Both the position numbers and the translations under genes were made by a program. The notes under the pieces are model-generated. The model was not told the DNA's origin and did not search any database. It worked only from the letters and a program-made list of their open reading frames with translations. Shown piece after piece: positions 22,800 through 34,757 of a DNA stretch of 64,000 bases (position 1 is its first letter; each line of letters begins with the position of its first letter). The stretch is from Mobula hypostoma (Eukaryota): contig NC_086097.1 in assembly GCF_963921235.1 (NCBI RefSeq), positions 226,240,001 through 226,304,000 of the forward strand, read 5' to 3'.

Positions 22800-23050
22800 A
22801 ACCATAAGACAAAGGAGCAGAAGTAGGCCATTCGGCCCATCGAGTCTGCTCCGCCATTTTATCATGAGCTGATCCATTCTCCCATTTAGTCCCACTCCCC
22901 CGCCCTCTCACCATAACCTTTGATGCCCTGTCTACTCAGATACCTATCAATCTCTGCCTTAAATACACCCAATGACTTTGCCTCCACTGCTGCCCGTGGC
23001 AACAAATTCCATAGATTCACCACCTTCTGACTCAAAAAATTTCTTCGCAT
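22800..23050 (-). mobile_element. Young CR1 3' end
   Basis: Reverse complement closely matches 41730-41970. Confidence 0.9.
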
Positions 23051-23106
23051 TTGTGAAGAAATGTTACTATATAAGTCATTATATAAGTAAAGGTATTATT
23101 TGGTAT

Positions 23107-23284
23107 CGCAGCAGGCCAGGCAGCATCTCTAGGAAGAGGTGCAGTCGACGTTTCAGGCCGAGACCCTTCGTCAGGACTGACGTTTCAGGCCTCTTCCTAG
23201 AGATGCTGCCCGGCCTGCTGCGTTCACCAGCAACTTTTATGTGTGTTGCTTGAATTTCCAGCATCTGCAGAATTCCTGTGGTTT
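23107..23284. mobile_element. Fold-back Penelope pLTR insertion with an intact hammerhead core
   Basis: Inverted arms gcagcaggccaggcagcatctctaggaagagg / cctcttcctagagatgctgcccggcctgctgc; 14-bp TSD gta(t/c)tatttggtat at 23093-23106 and 23285-23298. Confidence 0.85.
23142..23179 (-). ncRNA. Minimal type I hammerhead ribozyme motif
   Basis: Minus strand CAGUC-CUGACGA-AGG(gucucgg)CCU-GAAA-CGUC^GACUG. Confidence 0.75.
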
Positions 23285-24235
23285 GTACTATTTGGTATGT
23301 TAATTGGTCATTGTAATTTGCCCGGTGATTAGGCTAGAGTTAAACTGGTGGGTTGATAGTTTGGTGGGTGGCACAGCAAGGTGGACCAGAAGGGCCTGTT
23401 TCCTGCTGTATCCCTATATTAATTAATTAAAGACGAACTGCACAGACTGGTATGTTCCAGTAAAAAGGAAGGTCACCGATGACAATGTAAGAGAACTTTG
23501 GATGTTGAGAGAGGTGATGAATTTAGTCAGGAAGAAAAAAGTAAGTATATAAAACTTAGGAGGCTAGAAACTAACAGATCCCTTGCCAATTATAAAGAAG
23601 GCAGATTAGAACTCAGGGAGGGGATTAGGAAAGCCAGGGGGGCCACGAAAAGTCCTTGCCAAGTACAATTAAAAAGAATCCCAAGGCATTCTATACATAT
23701 ATCAAAAGAAAGAGGATAACAAGAGAGAAGGTGGGACTACTCAAGGAAAAAGGGGGGAGCATTTTCTTGGGTGTGGAGGAGGTGGGTGGAGGTTGGTAAT
23801 GAGTATTTACCAAGGAGAAGGACGTGGAGGATAGTGAGATCATTGCTGAGAATTGATATGCTAGGGCATTTTGAGGTAGTGTTGGGTCTCCTAATGAGCA
23901 TTACGGTGGGTAAGTGCACAGGGCCTGATGGGATATTCCTCAGGTTATTGAGAGAGGCAAGAGAAGAGTTTGCTGGGGCCTTGACCATTATCTTCATGTC
24001 CCCGCTAGCCACAAGTGAGGTCCCGGAGGATTGGCAAGTAGCTAATGTTGTTCCATTATTCAAGAAGAGATCAAGGGATAATCCTGGAAACTATAGACCA
24101 GTGAGTCTCATGTCAGTGGTAGGGCTGCTACTGGAGAGAACTCTTAGGGATTGGATTAATAATCACATGGAAAGGGAGATCCAGCACGGCTTTGTGTAAA
24201 GCAAATCATGTCTTACTAACTTGATTGAGTTTGTT

Positions 24236-24516
24236 TGTTTGTTTATTTATGTACTGAGGTACAGTGAGGAGTAGGCCCTTCTGGCCCTTCAGCCATGACA
24301 CACATCAACCTCCAGTTTAACCCTAGCTAACCACAGGACAATTTACAATAAGCAATTAATCTACCAACTCGTTGGACTGAGGGAGCAAAACGGAGAACTC
24401 AGAGGAATTCCACACAGTCACGTGAAGACGCACAAACACCTTGTGGACAGCAGAGTGAAATGAACCCAGGTCACTGGTACTGTAAAGCGTGGCGCTAACC
24501 ACTACGCTACCATGGC
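24236..24516 (-). mobile_element. tRNA-derived V-SINE-like SINE
   Basis: Minus head ggtagcgtagtggttagcg...ctgggttca (A/B boxes); (aaac/aaat)n tail; similar to 61856-62190. Confidence 0.75.
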
Positions 24517-25617
24517 ATGTTTGACAAGATGATGAGGGTGACTGATAAAGGCAGAGCTGTGGATGGATTTCAGTAGGCATTTGACAAGGCCCCTCATGGG
24601 AAACCATCCACAATATTAACATAAATGTGATCCATAGTGAGTTGGTTGTTTGGAATCAAAACTGGCACGCACATAGAAGACAGAAGGTAGCGATCGAAGA
24701 GACTTATTCTTGCTGAAGGTCTGTGAATAATAGTGTCCTGACAGTGCAGTTACCTGTACTGGGACCTCTGCTGTTTGTGATACATATAAGTGACCTTGAT
24801 GATAATGTAGATGGGTGGCTTAGTAAGATTACAGATGATATGAAGGTTGGTGAAGCTGTGGAGACTGTAGAAGACTGGAAACGAATACAGCAGGACATAG
24901 ATCAGTGGCCGATATGGGGAGGGAAATAGTGAGTGGAGTTTAACCCAGCCAAATGTGAAGCGTTGCACCTTGGTAGGCCAAATGTAAAGAGACAGTACAT
25001 CGTTAAGGGCAAGATCCTTAATAGTGTTGATGAGTGGAGGGATCTTGAGGCCCAAGTTCATAGCTCCCTGAAGGTGTCTGCACAGGTTGATGTGGTGGTT
25101 AAGAAGGCATATGGCATGCGTGCCTTTATTAGTCAAGACATTGAGTTCAAAAGTCAAGAAGTTATGTTACAGCTTTATTAAACTTTAGTTTGGCTGCAAC
25201 CAGAGTATTGCATACATTTCTGGTTGCCCCATTGTAGGAAAGATGTCACAGCTTGGGAGATGCTGTAGTCTACTCTATGAATGCCTCTTATAATCTAACA
25301 AACCTCTATCAGGTCTGTCATCAGCCTCCTCCACTTCAGAGTTTGTTCATCCTCTCATTACAGCACAAGTCCTCTTATCCAGGCATCATCCTAGTAAACA
25401 GATTCTACAGCATCTCCAAAGCTGTGATATCTTCCCTACAATTGGAAAAAGAAGGGTTGAAATGTCTAATACCAAAGGGCATGCATTTAAGGTGAGAGGG
25501 GGTAATTTCAAAAGAAATGTAAGGAGCAGCTCTTTTACACAGAGAGTGGTGGGTGCCTGGAATATGCATCGCCAGGGGTATTGGTTTAAGAGACATTTAG
25601 ATAGGCACATGAATGCA

Positions 25618-25973
25618 GCTGGTGCATAAAAAGGGCCCAGAGGATCATGAGGGACTCCAGCCTCCACAGGTCGAACTGTTTCAGCCGCCTCCGTCTGGCA
25701 AACGGTGCTGCAGCATTAAGTCCAGGACCAACAGGTTCCAGGACAGCTTCTTTCACCAGGCCATCAGATTTATCAATACACATCAATCTGATTGCGTATC
25801 TGACTGTACATACGCACATACAAAACAATTATGTATACAATCTTAGTGTTTGGGCAATATCCTCCCACATCACCCTTCCTTATTGCCTGTACATAGCAAC
25901 GGAGACACAACGTAAAGATTTTTACTCCCTCATGTTGTGAAATGGATGCCAGAAATAAAATTCTAATTCTAAT
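25618..25973 (+). mobile_element. Rex1-type 3' end
   Basis: LFQPPPSGKRCCSIKSRTNRFQDSFFHQAIR; (ttctaa)n tail. Confidence 0.85.
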
Positions 25974-26274
25974 GTGAGGAAAATGAACATTGTGTAAGGT
26001 GGAAGAGATTAATATAGTTAGCAATTTGTTAATAATTTAATTGGTTCGGCAAAACTTTGTGGGCCGAAGGACCTGTTACTATACAGTATTGCTCTATGTT
26101 CTTGTGTTCTACATATGATTGAAATATTTTATAAAATAAAATTTACTTTATTACACTTTATGAAATAAAGTTTAATGAAAGTTGCTTGATACTTGCTGGC
26201 AGAAAAGTTACATAGTAAGGAGGCACAATAACATCATTGATTAGTAATACTATATGTGAAAATACTATCTGGGC

Positions 26275-26895
26275 GCGAGGATGAGATAGCAGCACGCCGC
26301 TCGCGCGCTGCCCTCTGGTGAAAAATGATATTGTATCCATTAAATAGGGGCCGTGGACAATTCTGATTTGATGGAGACAGACGTGAAAGCACAGAGGAAT
26401 ACCTGGAGAAATTTCTGAAATGCCAGTTCACTGCCGTTGTTACTACGCAAAGAGAAATCTTCCAGAAGGAAGGCCCAAAAATCCCCGGCTTTGCCTGCTG
26501 CTGGCGACCGAGATTGAGGTCGAATCGTTCGGATAGAGATGATGCTCAGTACTCAGTGTCGGAGGGCTGATCGGAGGCTCGAAGTTTTCGGATGACTCAG
26601 AGTCGGACTGTGGTCGGGCATGGCAGGGAGAGTTTTCTTCCTTCTCCCGTCTGCGTGAGATGTGGGACATTTGAGAGACTTTGAACTTTTTACTGTGCCA
26701 TGGACTGTTCTTCATCAAGTTATGGTATTGTTGCACTGTTGTAACTATATGTTATAATTATGTGGTTTTGTTATTTTTTTCAGTCTTGGTTTGTCCTGTG
26801 TTTTGTAATATCACACCGGAGGAATATTGCATCATTTCTTAATGCATGCATTACTAAATGACAATAAAAGAGGACTGCATGTCTTCATAATCTAA
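26275..26895 (+). mobile_element. Non-coding CpG-rich retroposon (family A) with a Rex1-like 3' tail
   Basis: 5' part is homologous to 34590-34757 (minus); ends atgacaataaa...ataatctaa. Confidence 0.6.
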
Positions 26896-27349
26896 AAAAC
26901 AATGAGAACACTTTAGAACAATGTTCAACATCAAATATAACCCAACAATTTAATTTTTGTCTTTTAGTACATATTCATATCCACAGATAATTTCAAAGCA
27001 TTTTACTTCAAATTATTTTTGAAGCGTTACTTCACTACTGCAGTGAAGATAGATTGAACAAAGTGCAATTAGTAAGGTTCCATAAAAACCAAATGAAAAA
27101 AATTATGATTAGATCTTTTAATTGTGATATTGATTTGTAATGAATAAAGAAAAGAGAGAAAAACAAAAACAACTGTTTTTTTTTGTTGAATAGCAACATG
27201 GGGTTATTTGCAGCTATCTTAAAACAGAGTCAAGTTGAACATCTGATTCAACTCTAAAAATACAACAGTCAGTAATGAAGTTTCAGCTGACATAATGTCC
27301 TGGCTTTAAACTTTGATAAACAGGTGGGTTTGGGGTGAGTCAAGGTTAA

Positions 27350-28000
27350 ACGTTCTGTAAATGGCAGTACTTTGAGATACTGCCTCCATCTCACTGACTG
27401 TGAAAAACTGCAAAGGAATGTAGGCAGGTAGGTGGAATTAGTGGAAAAGTGGCAGATGATATTTAATATATTTAAATGTAAAATGATACATATTGGCAGA
27501 GATAACAGGACTAAACAGCATAGTTTTAAAGGTTTACAGGAAGGAAGTGATCTGGGTGTATAGAGTCACAGAGAACCACAGCACATAATCCGGCCCTTCA
27601 GCCCATCAAGTTCATGCCAATAATCAAGAACTCAGTTTTTGGAGCAAAAAAGATTGAGGCAAAATATGATGGAAGCATATGATTTCTTAACTGGTTTGTA
27701 CAGGGTAGATAAAAGGGAAATAAAAGTGAAGTTGTTTGAATTCACCTGCAAAAAGAGCCAGGGACACAAATGTAAGGTTTCAAGTATAACACAGAAGTAA
27801 ACACACTCACTAGCTGTAAGATTGGTGGAAAAGCAGAGTCATCGTGGACTTAAAAATGAATTGAAACTGCTCTTCAGAAAAAATAATTTGGAGAGCCATG
27901 AGGACAATGAGAGCATTAAGTCTTACAAAACTACTCCACCAAGAGCTAGCTAGCATAAACTTGATGGTCCAAATGGCCTCCTTCTATACTGTAATAATAC
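27350..28000 (+). mobile_element. Old, highly decayed CR1 3' region
   Basis: aagtggcagatgatatttaat...aaatgtaaaatgatacat and ggtccaaatggcctccttct 3' UTR motifs. Confidence 0.6.
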
Positions 28001-28439
28001 ATTGATGCATTCCAAAATGATCAGAGTGGTCATAGTGATGCAAATGTGTAGTAATTAGAATTTTTCCATTTGGTTCTTGTGTGTGCACATAATAAAGAAC
28101 CTCAGTTTCCAGTTGCAATGCGTATGGTTCACGCGGAACTGGAAGTGACATTGGGAAACTGAGAGTACACACTAAAGTGTGGAGCAAGAAGCTAGCATTT
28201 GAAAACCCACAAAAAGTTTGTCTTTTATCGAGAACAAACATAGCATGGTGTCAGAAGTCGGAGTGAGGTCTAAATACAAAGCATAACTGAATGTCCTGAG
28301 CAACTAAGAAAGAGACGCTAGGGTCCGACGGAGTAAAGCTGCCATCAAGAGAGCACGCTTTCTCGAAGTTCACCAAGAAATTGAGGTGAGAGTCTAAAAT
28401 TCCCCTCAAAGTATAACCTAAGTCCTCCCACAGCTATGC

Positions 28440-29720
28440 AGTTTACCAGCAATCTATCTGATAATTGGAAACGCTTCAAACAGTGATTCAATATACTGTA
28501 TATTTAGCGGCAAGCGGAGCCAGCAGGGGAGAGGGAAAATTGAAAGCATCTATCTTTCTACACGTAATTGACGATGATGCTTTGGACATCTTCAATGGCT
28601 TTCAAATTGATGAGACAGGATTTAAATTGGACATTCTGATGACAAAATTTGAGGAGTATTTCATCCCAAGTAATAGTGTCATGTTTGAGAGATACAAGTT
28701 CTTCTGTGAACAGAAACAAGGTGTTAGCTTTGACCAATACTTAGCTGCACTTCACATACTGAGTAGGTGCTGTGAGTTTGGAGACTTGAGAGACTCACTA
28801 GTCAGAGACAAAATAGTGTATGGAATCCCAGATAATGGGCTCAAAGGAAGCTTGCTCCAGGGTAAAGACTTGACACTAGAAAAGGCTGTGGATATGTCTA
28901 GGGCAGGGGAGACCACACGAACACAAACTCAGGAGCTGCACAGAGCCGAAACAATAGTGCACTGCGTGAAAACAGAGGGGCAGAACACAAGGCATTTCCC
29001 AATGCAACAGCATAACAAAGAAGTAGGATCAAACAGTGAATACAGCAAATGAGGAGACAGGCACATTCCAAAGAAGTGTCCTGCTTATGGAAAGTCCTGT
29101 AATGATTATGGGAAGTAGAATCATTTTGCAAGGTGCTGCAAAGCTGGGGCTACCAAGAGAAAGGTGTATATGATCGCTGAGGAAATGGAGAAAGTCTTTG
29201 TAAATTCTCCGCAGACTGCTGCTGCTGGTAAAATGGAATGGATTGGTCCAGTCACAAAGAAGAGAAAATCTGTAGATGCTGGAAATTGGAGCAACACACA
29301 CAAAAAAATTGCTGGAGGAGCTCAGCAGGCCAGGCAGCATCCAGGAAAAGAGTACAGTCAACGTTTCGGATCGAAACCTTTGGCAATCCCTGTGCTGCTT
29401 GGATTGTTCCAGTGACTGTGAATGAGACAGTAATTCCATTCAAGCTTGACACCGGAGCCCAGGTAAATGATTACAAGACTCTTAAAGCAAAGAGCAAGAT
29501 TTACCCACTGAAGTTAAAAGTGACAGGCTATACTTGAGAGTACATTCCAGTAAAAGGAGGCTGTATAGTGACCTTCAAGCACAACAGATAACACCTAACG
29601 CACATCTACTGGTTGTTGAAAAGAGAGTACAGCCAATGTTAGGCCTGAGTGCATGTGAAAAGTTCAACCTGGTGAAAAGAGCTTACATAGTGGCTTCACA
29701 GACCAAAGCTGATTAGGCAA
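28440..29720 (+). pseudogene. gag: Gag-protease remnant
   Basis: NWKRFKQ...FERYKFF...CEFGDLRDSLVRDKIV...LTLEKA; CPAYGK...NHFARCC knuckle; FKLDTGAQVN protease motif. Confidence 0.85.
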
Positions 29721-29989
29721 CACTCAATAACGAGTACACCGATGTCTTTGAGGGGCTTGGATGTTCACCCAATGCAACTCAAGAAACTCGTAACAGCATC
29801 TATGAGAGATCCAGAGGGGTTATGCCAGGAAAGCACAAGAACTCCACCTTCCATAGGCATCTATACCAGCTACACCAACATGACAGTCAGGATGCCAGTG
29901 CTGAACAGAGTGGCCGTGATGAAAAAGTCACCAGTCTTGTTTCCACATCATGCAGCTTTGATTCAAAATCTGTCTCTCATCGCCCATAA

Positions 29990-30815
29990 GACCATAAAAC
30001 CATAAGACAGAGAAGCAGAATTAGGCCATTCAGCCCGTCAAGTCTGCTCCACCATTCCATCATGGCTGATCCTGGATCCCACTCAACTCCACACACCTGC
30101 CTTCTTGCCATATCCATTGATGCCCTAACCGTTCAGGAAATGATCAACTTTCACTTTAACTATACACACGGACTTGGCCTCTACCACGGTCTGTGGCAGG
30201 GTGTTCCACAGATTTCAACTCTCTGGCTAAAAAAATTCCTCCTTGCCTCTGTTCTAAAGGGTTGCCCCTCAGTTTTGAGGCTGTGCCCTCTTGTTCTGGA
30301 CAACACCACAACAGGAAGCATCCTTACCACATCCACCCTATCTAGTCCTTTTGGTAGGTTTCAATGAGATCCCCCGCATTCTTCTAAATTCTAGTGAGTA
30401 CAGGCCAAAAATTGCCAAACACTCCTCATATGTTAACCCCTTCATTCCCGGAATCATTCTCCTGAACCTCCTCTGGACTCTCTCCAAAGACAACACATCC
30501 TTTCTGAGATATGGGGCCCAAAATTGTTGACAGTACTCTAAGTGCAACCTGACTAGTGTTTTATAAAAGCTCCATATTATCTCCTTGCTTTTATATTCCA
30601 TTCCCCTTGAAATAAATGCCAACATTGCAGTTGCCTTCCTTACCATAGACAGGCTCAAACTGTAAAATAGCCTTCTGAGAGTCTTGCACAAGGACTCCTG
30701 AGTCCCTCTGCACCTCTAATGTTTTGAAACATCTTCCCATTTAGATAATAATCTGCACTATTGCTCCTTTTAGCAAAATGCATTATCGTACATTTTCCAA
30801 CACTGTATTCCATCC
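29990..30815 (-). mobile_element. CR1 3' portion nested in the Gypsy
   Basis: LVRLHLEYCQQFWAPYLRKDVLSLERVQRRF; ccataaga tail. Confidence 0.9.
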
Positions 30816-31011
30816 AGTTATAAGACTGGAGATCAAAAATATCTCCACGATTGTCTCTGAAATTGAAGAGAAAAACTAAAAAGGAATATGGGGAGACCAC
30901 ACAGACCCAAATGTCAGAACAACAACAGCAGTTGAATATAAACCAACAGGAGTAGTTACGATCTATGTTATGCAGCCAACAGAAGGAGCTCTGTGAATTA
31001 GACCGTAAGAG

Positions 31012-31490
31012 CACAAGACAAAGGAGCAGAATTAGGCCATCTGGCCCACTGAGTCCACTCCACCACTCAATCATGGCTGATCCTTTCTGCTGTCTCCTCC
31101 TCAACCCCAGTTTCCTGCCTTCTCCCTGTAACTTTTGATGCCATGTCCAATCCAGAACCTATAAATCTCTGCCTTAAGTACACCCAACGACCTGCTCTCC
31201 ACAGCTGCATGTGGCAACAAATTCCACAAATTCACCACCCTTTGGCTAAAGAAAGTTCTCTTCATCTCTGTTTTGAAAGGGCGCCCTTCTATCCTGTGGC
31301 TGTGCCATCATGTCCTAGACTCTCCCACCATGGGAAACATCCTTTCCACATCTACACTGTCTAGGCCTTTCAACATTTAAAAGGTTTCAATGAAATCCTC
31401 CCTCATCCTTCTGAATTCTGGCCAGTACAGACCCAGAGCCATCAAACGTTCCTTGTATAATAACCCTTTCATTCTTGGAATCATCTTTGT
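31012..31490 (-). mobile_element. CR1 3' end nested in the Gypsy
   Basis: Homologous to 41490-41960 (reverse). Confidence 0.85.
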
Positions 31491-32330
31491 GAGACAGACT
31501 CAGTTGGAACTCATGCAATGTCTGACTGATCACATGGATATAGTTCAGGGCTCCATTATGAGGCAAGTGGAGCAAATTATGGTCAGACAGTAAGAAAAAG
31601 AATGGAGATGAACAGTTAAGATCTTGGCAAAAGGTTGAGAAAGAAAGGAACATGTTGACAGAAATGAACATGTAGATCCGAATTCTCAAAAGGACAATGC
31701 AATTAATGCAGCAAGTGAAAGTGAGACTTCTGTGGAACAGCAGGCAAAAAGGGATCATTAAACCACCATAGAGATAGATTGAAAGGAGATGAAGGAATAA
31801 GGAACCGTATTTATTCATTACAATTGAAGTTAACCTGTGTTGGAAAGTATTGCTGTTTCTTGCAGGTTTATAGGGACATAGTGTTGAGTTTATTCTCTTT
31901 AACAGGGGAAGATGTTATATGTGTACATAATAGAGAACTTCAGTTCCCTGTGTGCAATGCGGGTGGTTCATGCAGAACTGGAAGTGACATTGGGGAATTG
32001 GGAGCATGCAGTAAAGTGAGGAGCTCGAAGCCATGATTGTTAATAAATGTGCTAGTATTTGAAAACCCACGCAAAGTTTGTCTTTTATCAAGAACAACCA
32101 TAACTGTTCAGAACTGAAAGGCTGAAGTTATTCTTCAACCTGGTGGTATGGGACTTCAGGCTTTTGTACCTTCTGCCCCATGGTAGCTTCAAAAAGAAAG
32201 CATGGTCCAAATGGTGGGGATATTTAATGATGGATGTTGCCTTCTTTGGGCAGCACCTTTTGTAGATACTATCAATGGTACGGAGTGATGTGCCTGTGAT
32301 GTGCCCCAGTAATTAAGTGAAATCCTGATG

Positions 32331-32334
32331 TGTG

Positions 32335-32375
<41 letters not shown>

Positions 32376-32379
32376 GTGC

Positions 32380-32415
<36 letters not shown>
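32331..32415. repeat. (TA)n/(TG)n compound microsatellite
   Basis: Directly visible. Confidence 0.95.
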
Positions 32416-33740
32416 CACTCTCTCATAGATGAATATGACTCTGTGCTCACCTTTCCTACCCTACAAGGTCATTACTATAGTTATAGTATTGAATCAAAGA
32501 GCAGGGGGCGTTTATGCTCTTCACTTCTGTGGCAACCTCCAGTCATAGCTTTGCTTCACTGGCAGATTTCCATAGGGGATTTCTATTAGGGAATAATATG
32601 TTCCAGAAGACTTTTGCACATTTAACCTGACTTCAAGCAATATGTCACTGAATATAGAGCAGCCAAGACTGGCTATCACTTCATCTTCTTGATTCCTGTT
32701 GTTGTTCAACCAACACTAGAATCTGCCAAATATTCCATGTACAAGATTGCTTTAATTAGGGGCGATAGAATTCGGTGGTTAGCATCTTGAATCCACATTT
32801 TGGAAGATATATTGCTTGTATTAAAAAAAACATGAAAAATATGCTTTTTCTTTTCTGCAATGCAGCTAAATGTTTGGAGAGGTCCAATAAGGGTACAGTA
32901 TATACATCATGAGTTATAGTACTCATCAGATGGAAGGATCTTGGTGTACAAGTCCTTAAATCCCTAAATGTAGCAGCACCATTTGATAAGGTGGTGAAGA
33001 AGGCACACAGGAATATGATATTCTTTGGTCAGCACGTGGACTATAAGAGCAGAGAGATCATGAAGCAACTTTATAAAACATTGGTTTGGTCACAGCTGAA
33101 GTTTTTTTTGTATATTTATGGTCGTCACTCTATGGGAAGGATTTGATTGCACTGGAAAATGCAGAGGAGATTTACCAAGGTATTGTCTGGAAAGTTATGA
33201 AAAGAGAATGGAAAGGCTGTGGTATATTTAATATAATTGAGGTATTTTTTAAAATTTGAGAAGCATAGAGAGAGTGGAGTTTGAGATGTGTTTCATCTTT
33301 GCTTAGCTGAGGCAATTAAAGCCAGAGGACGTAGGTTCAGGATGAGGAGGGAGAAAGTTAGTAGTGGTTTGAAGACTTTACATCAGCCAGAAAATACACT
33401 GCCTGAGAAAGTGATATGACAACCATACCAGAGCCCAAGAAGAGAGCAGGATGAGCTGTCTCAATGAGTATCACCCAGTGGCACTCACATCTACTGTGAT
33501 GAAGTGCTTTGAGAGGTTGGTCATAGCTAGAACCAACTTCTGCCAAAGAAAGGACCATGACTGCTACAATTTGCCTATCACCACCATGGGTCTACCACAA
33601 ATGCAATCTCACTGGCTCTCCACACGGCCTTGGACCACCAAGACAATAGTAATATTTACATCAGGGTGCTGTTTATTGACTACAGCTCAGCGTTCAACAC
33701 AATCATACCCTCAGTTCTAATCAACAAACTCCAGAATCAG

Positions 33741-33875
33741 TTAGTCCTGACGAAGGGTCTCGGCCTGAAACGTCGACTGCGCCTCTTCCTATAGATGCTG
33801 CCTGGCCTGCTGCGTTCACCAGCAACTTTGATGTATGTTGCTTGAATTTCCAGCATCTGCAGAATTCCTGTTGTT
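33741..33875 (+). mobile_element. Solo Penelope pLTR insertion
   Basis: 11-bp TSD tccagaatcag at 33730-33740 and 33876-33886, inside the Rex1 RT. Confidence 0.9.
33743..33778 (+). ncRNA. Minimal type I hammerhead ribozyme motif
   Basis: AGUC-CUGACGA-AGG(gucucgg)CCU-GAAA-CGUC^GACU; predicted cleavage after 33774. Confidence 0.75.
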
Positions 33876-34589
33876 TCCAGAATCAGAGCCTCTTTACCTC
33901 CCTCTACAACTAGATCCTTGACTTCCTCACCAGGAGACCTCAGGCTGTACGGATTGGAAATAACATTTCCTCCTCACTGACAATCAGCTCTGGTACACCT
34001 CAAGGATGCATACTTCGCCAACTACTCCACTCTCTTTACATCCATGACTGTGTGGTTAGGCACAGTTCAAATGCCATATAAATTTGCTGTCAACACAACT
34101 GTTGCTCACAGAATTTCAGATGGTGACAAGGCGTACAGCGATGAGGTTGACCAGTTAAATGAGTAGTGTTGCAGCAACAACTGTGCACTGAGTGTCAGTA
34201 AGACTGAGGAATTGATCCTGCACTCAGAAAGGACAAGTCGAGGGAACACACATCAGTCCTTATTGAGGGATCGGAAGTGAGCATTTTCAAGTTCCCGTAT
34301 ATCAACATCTCTGAGGATTTATCCTGGGCCCAGCATATTGATGCAATTACAAAGAAGGAAGACAGCAACTATATTTCATTAGGAGTTGGTGGAGAATTTG
34401 TATGTCACCAAAGATAACCCAGATTTCCACATATTTACCTTGGAGAGTGTTTTGACTGGTTGCATTACCACATGGTATGGAGGGACCATTGCACAGGGTC
34501 AGAAAAAGCTACAGAAAGATATAAACTATGGACACTAGCCTACCCAGCAGTGAGGATCCCTTCAAAAAGGCAGCCCTAGTCGTTAAGAA

Positions 34590-34757
34590 CGGCGGCAGTG
34601 AAACAGGCATTTCAGAAGCTTCACCAGATGTTCCTCCGTTCTCTCACGTCTGCCTCCATCAAATCAGAATTGTGCACGGCCTCCTACTTGACAGATAACA
34701 GATATTATCACCGGAGAGGCCACACGCGCTGTGTCGCACTGCCATCTTCTCCTCCTC
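34590..34757 (-). mobile_element. 5' fragment of retroposon family A
   Basis: Minus strand ggaggagaagatggcagtgcg...caattctgatttgatggag matches 26275-26435. Confidence 0.65.

Larger units (their letters stand above)
23440..26105 (+). mobile_element. Decayed CR1 ORF2 and 3' UTR with nested SINE, CR1 and Rex1 inserts
   Basis: GPDGI...VPEDWQVANVVPLFKK...PGNYRPVSL; LGPLLFVIHISDL; MEFNPAKCEALHLG. Confidence 0.85.
28075..32105 (+). mobile_element. Decayed Mag-like Gypsy LTR element, pol largely deleted, with nested pLTR and two CR1 pieces
   Basis: Diverged LTRs at about 28075-28245 and 31913-32105; PBS tggtgtcagaagt (tRNA-Leu-like) at 28246; PPT aacaggggaaga at 31901. Confidence 0.85.

Noticed and set aside
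32332..32589. YIYIY/CVCV ORF
   Set aside because: Translation of a dinucleotide microsatellite
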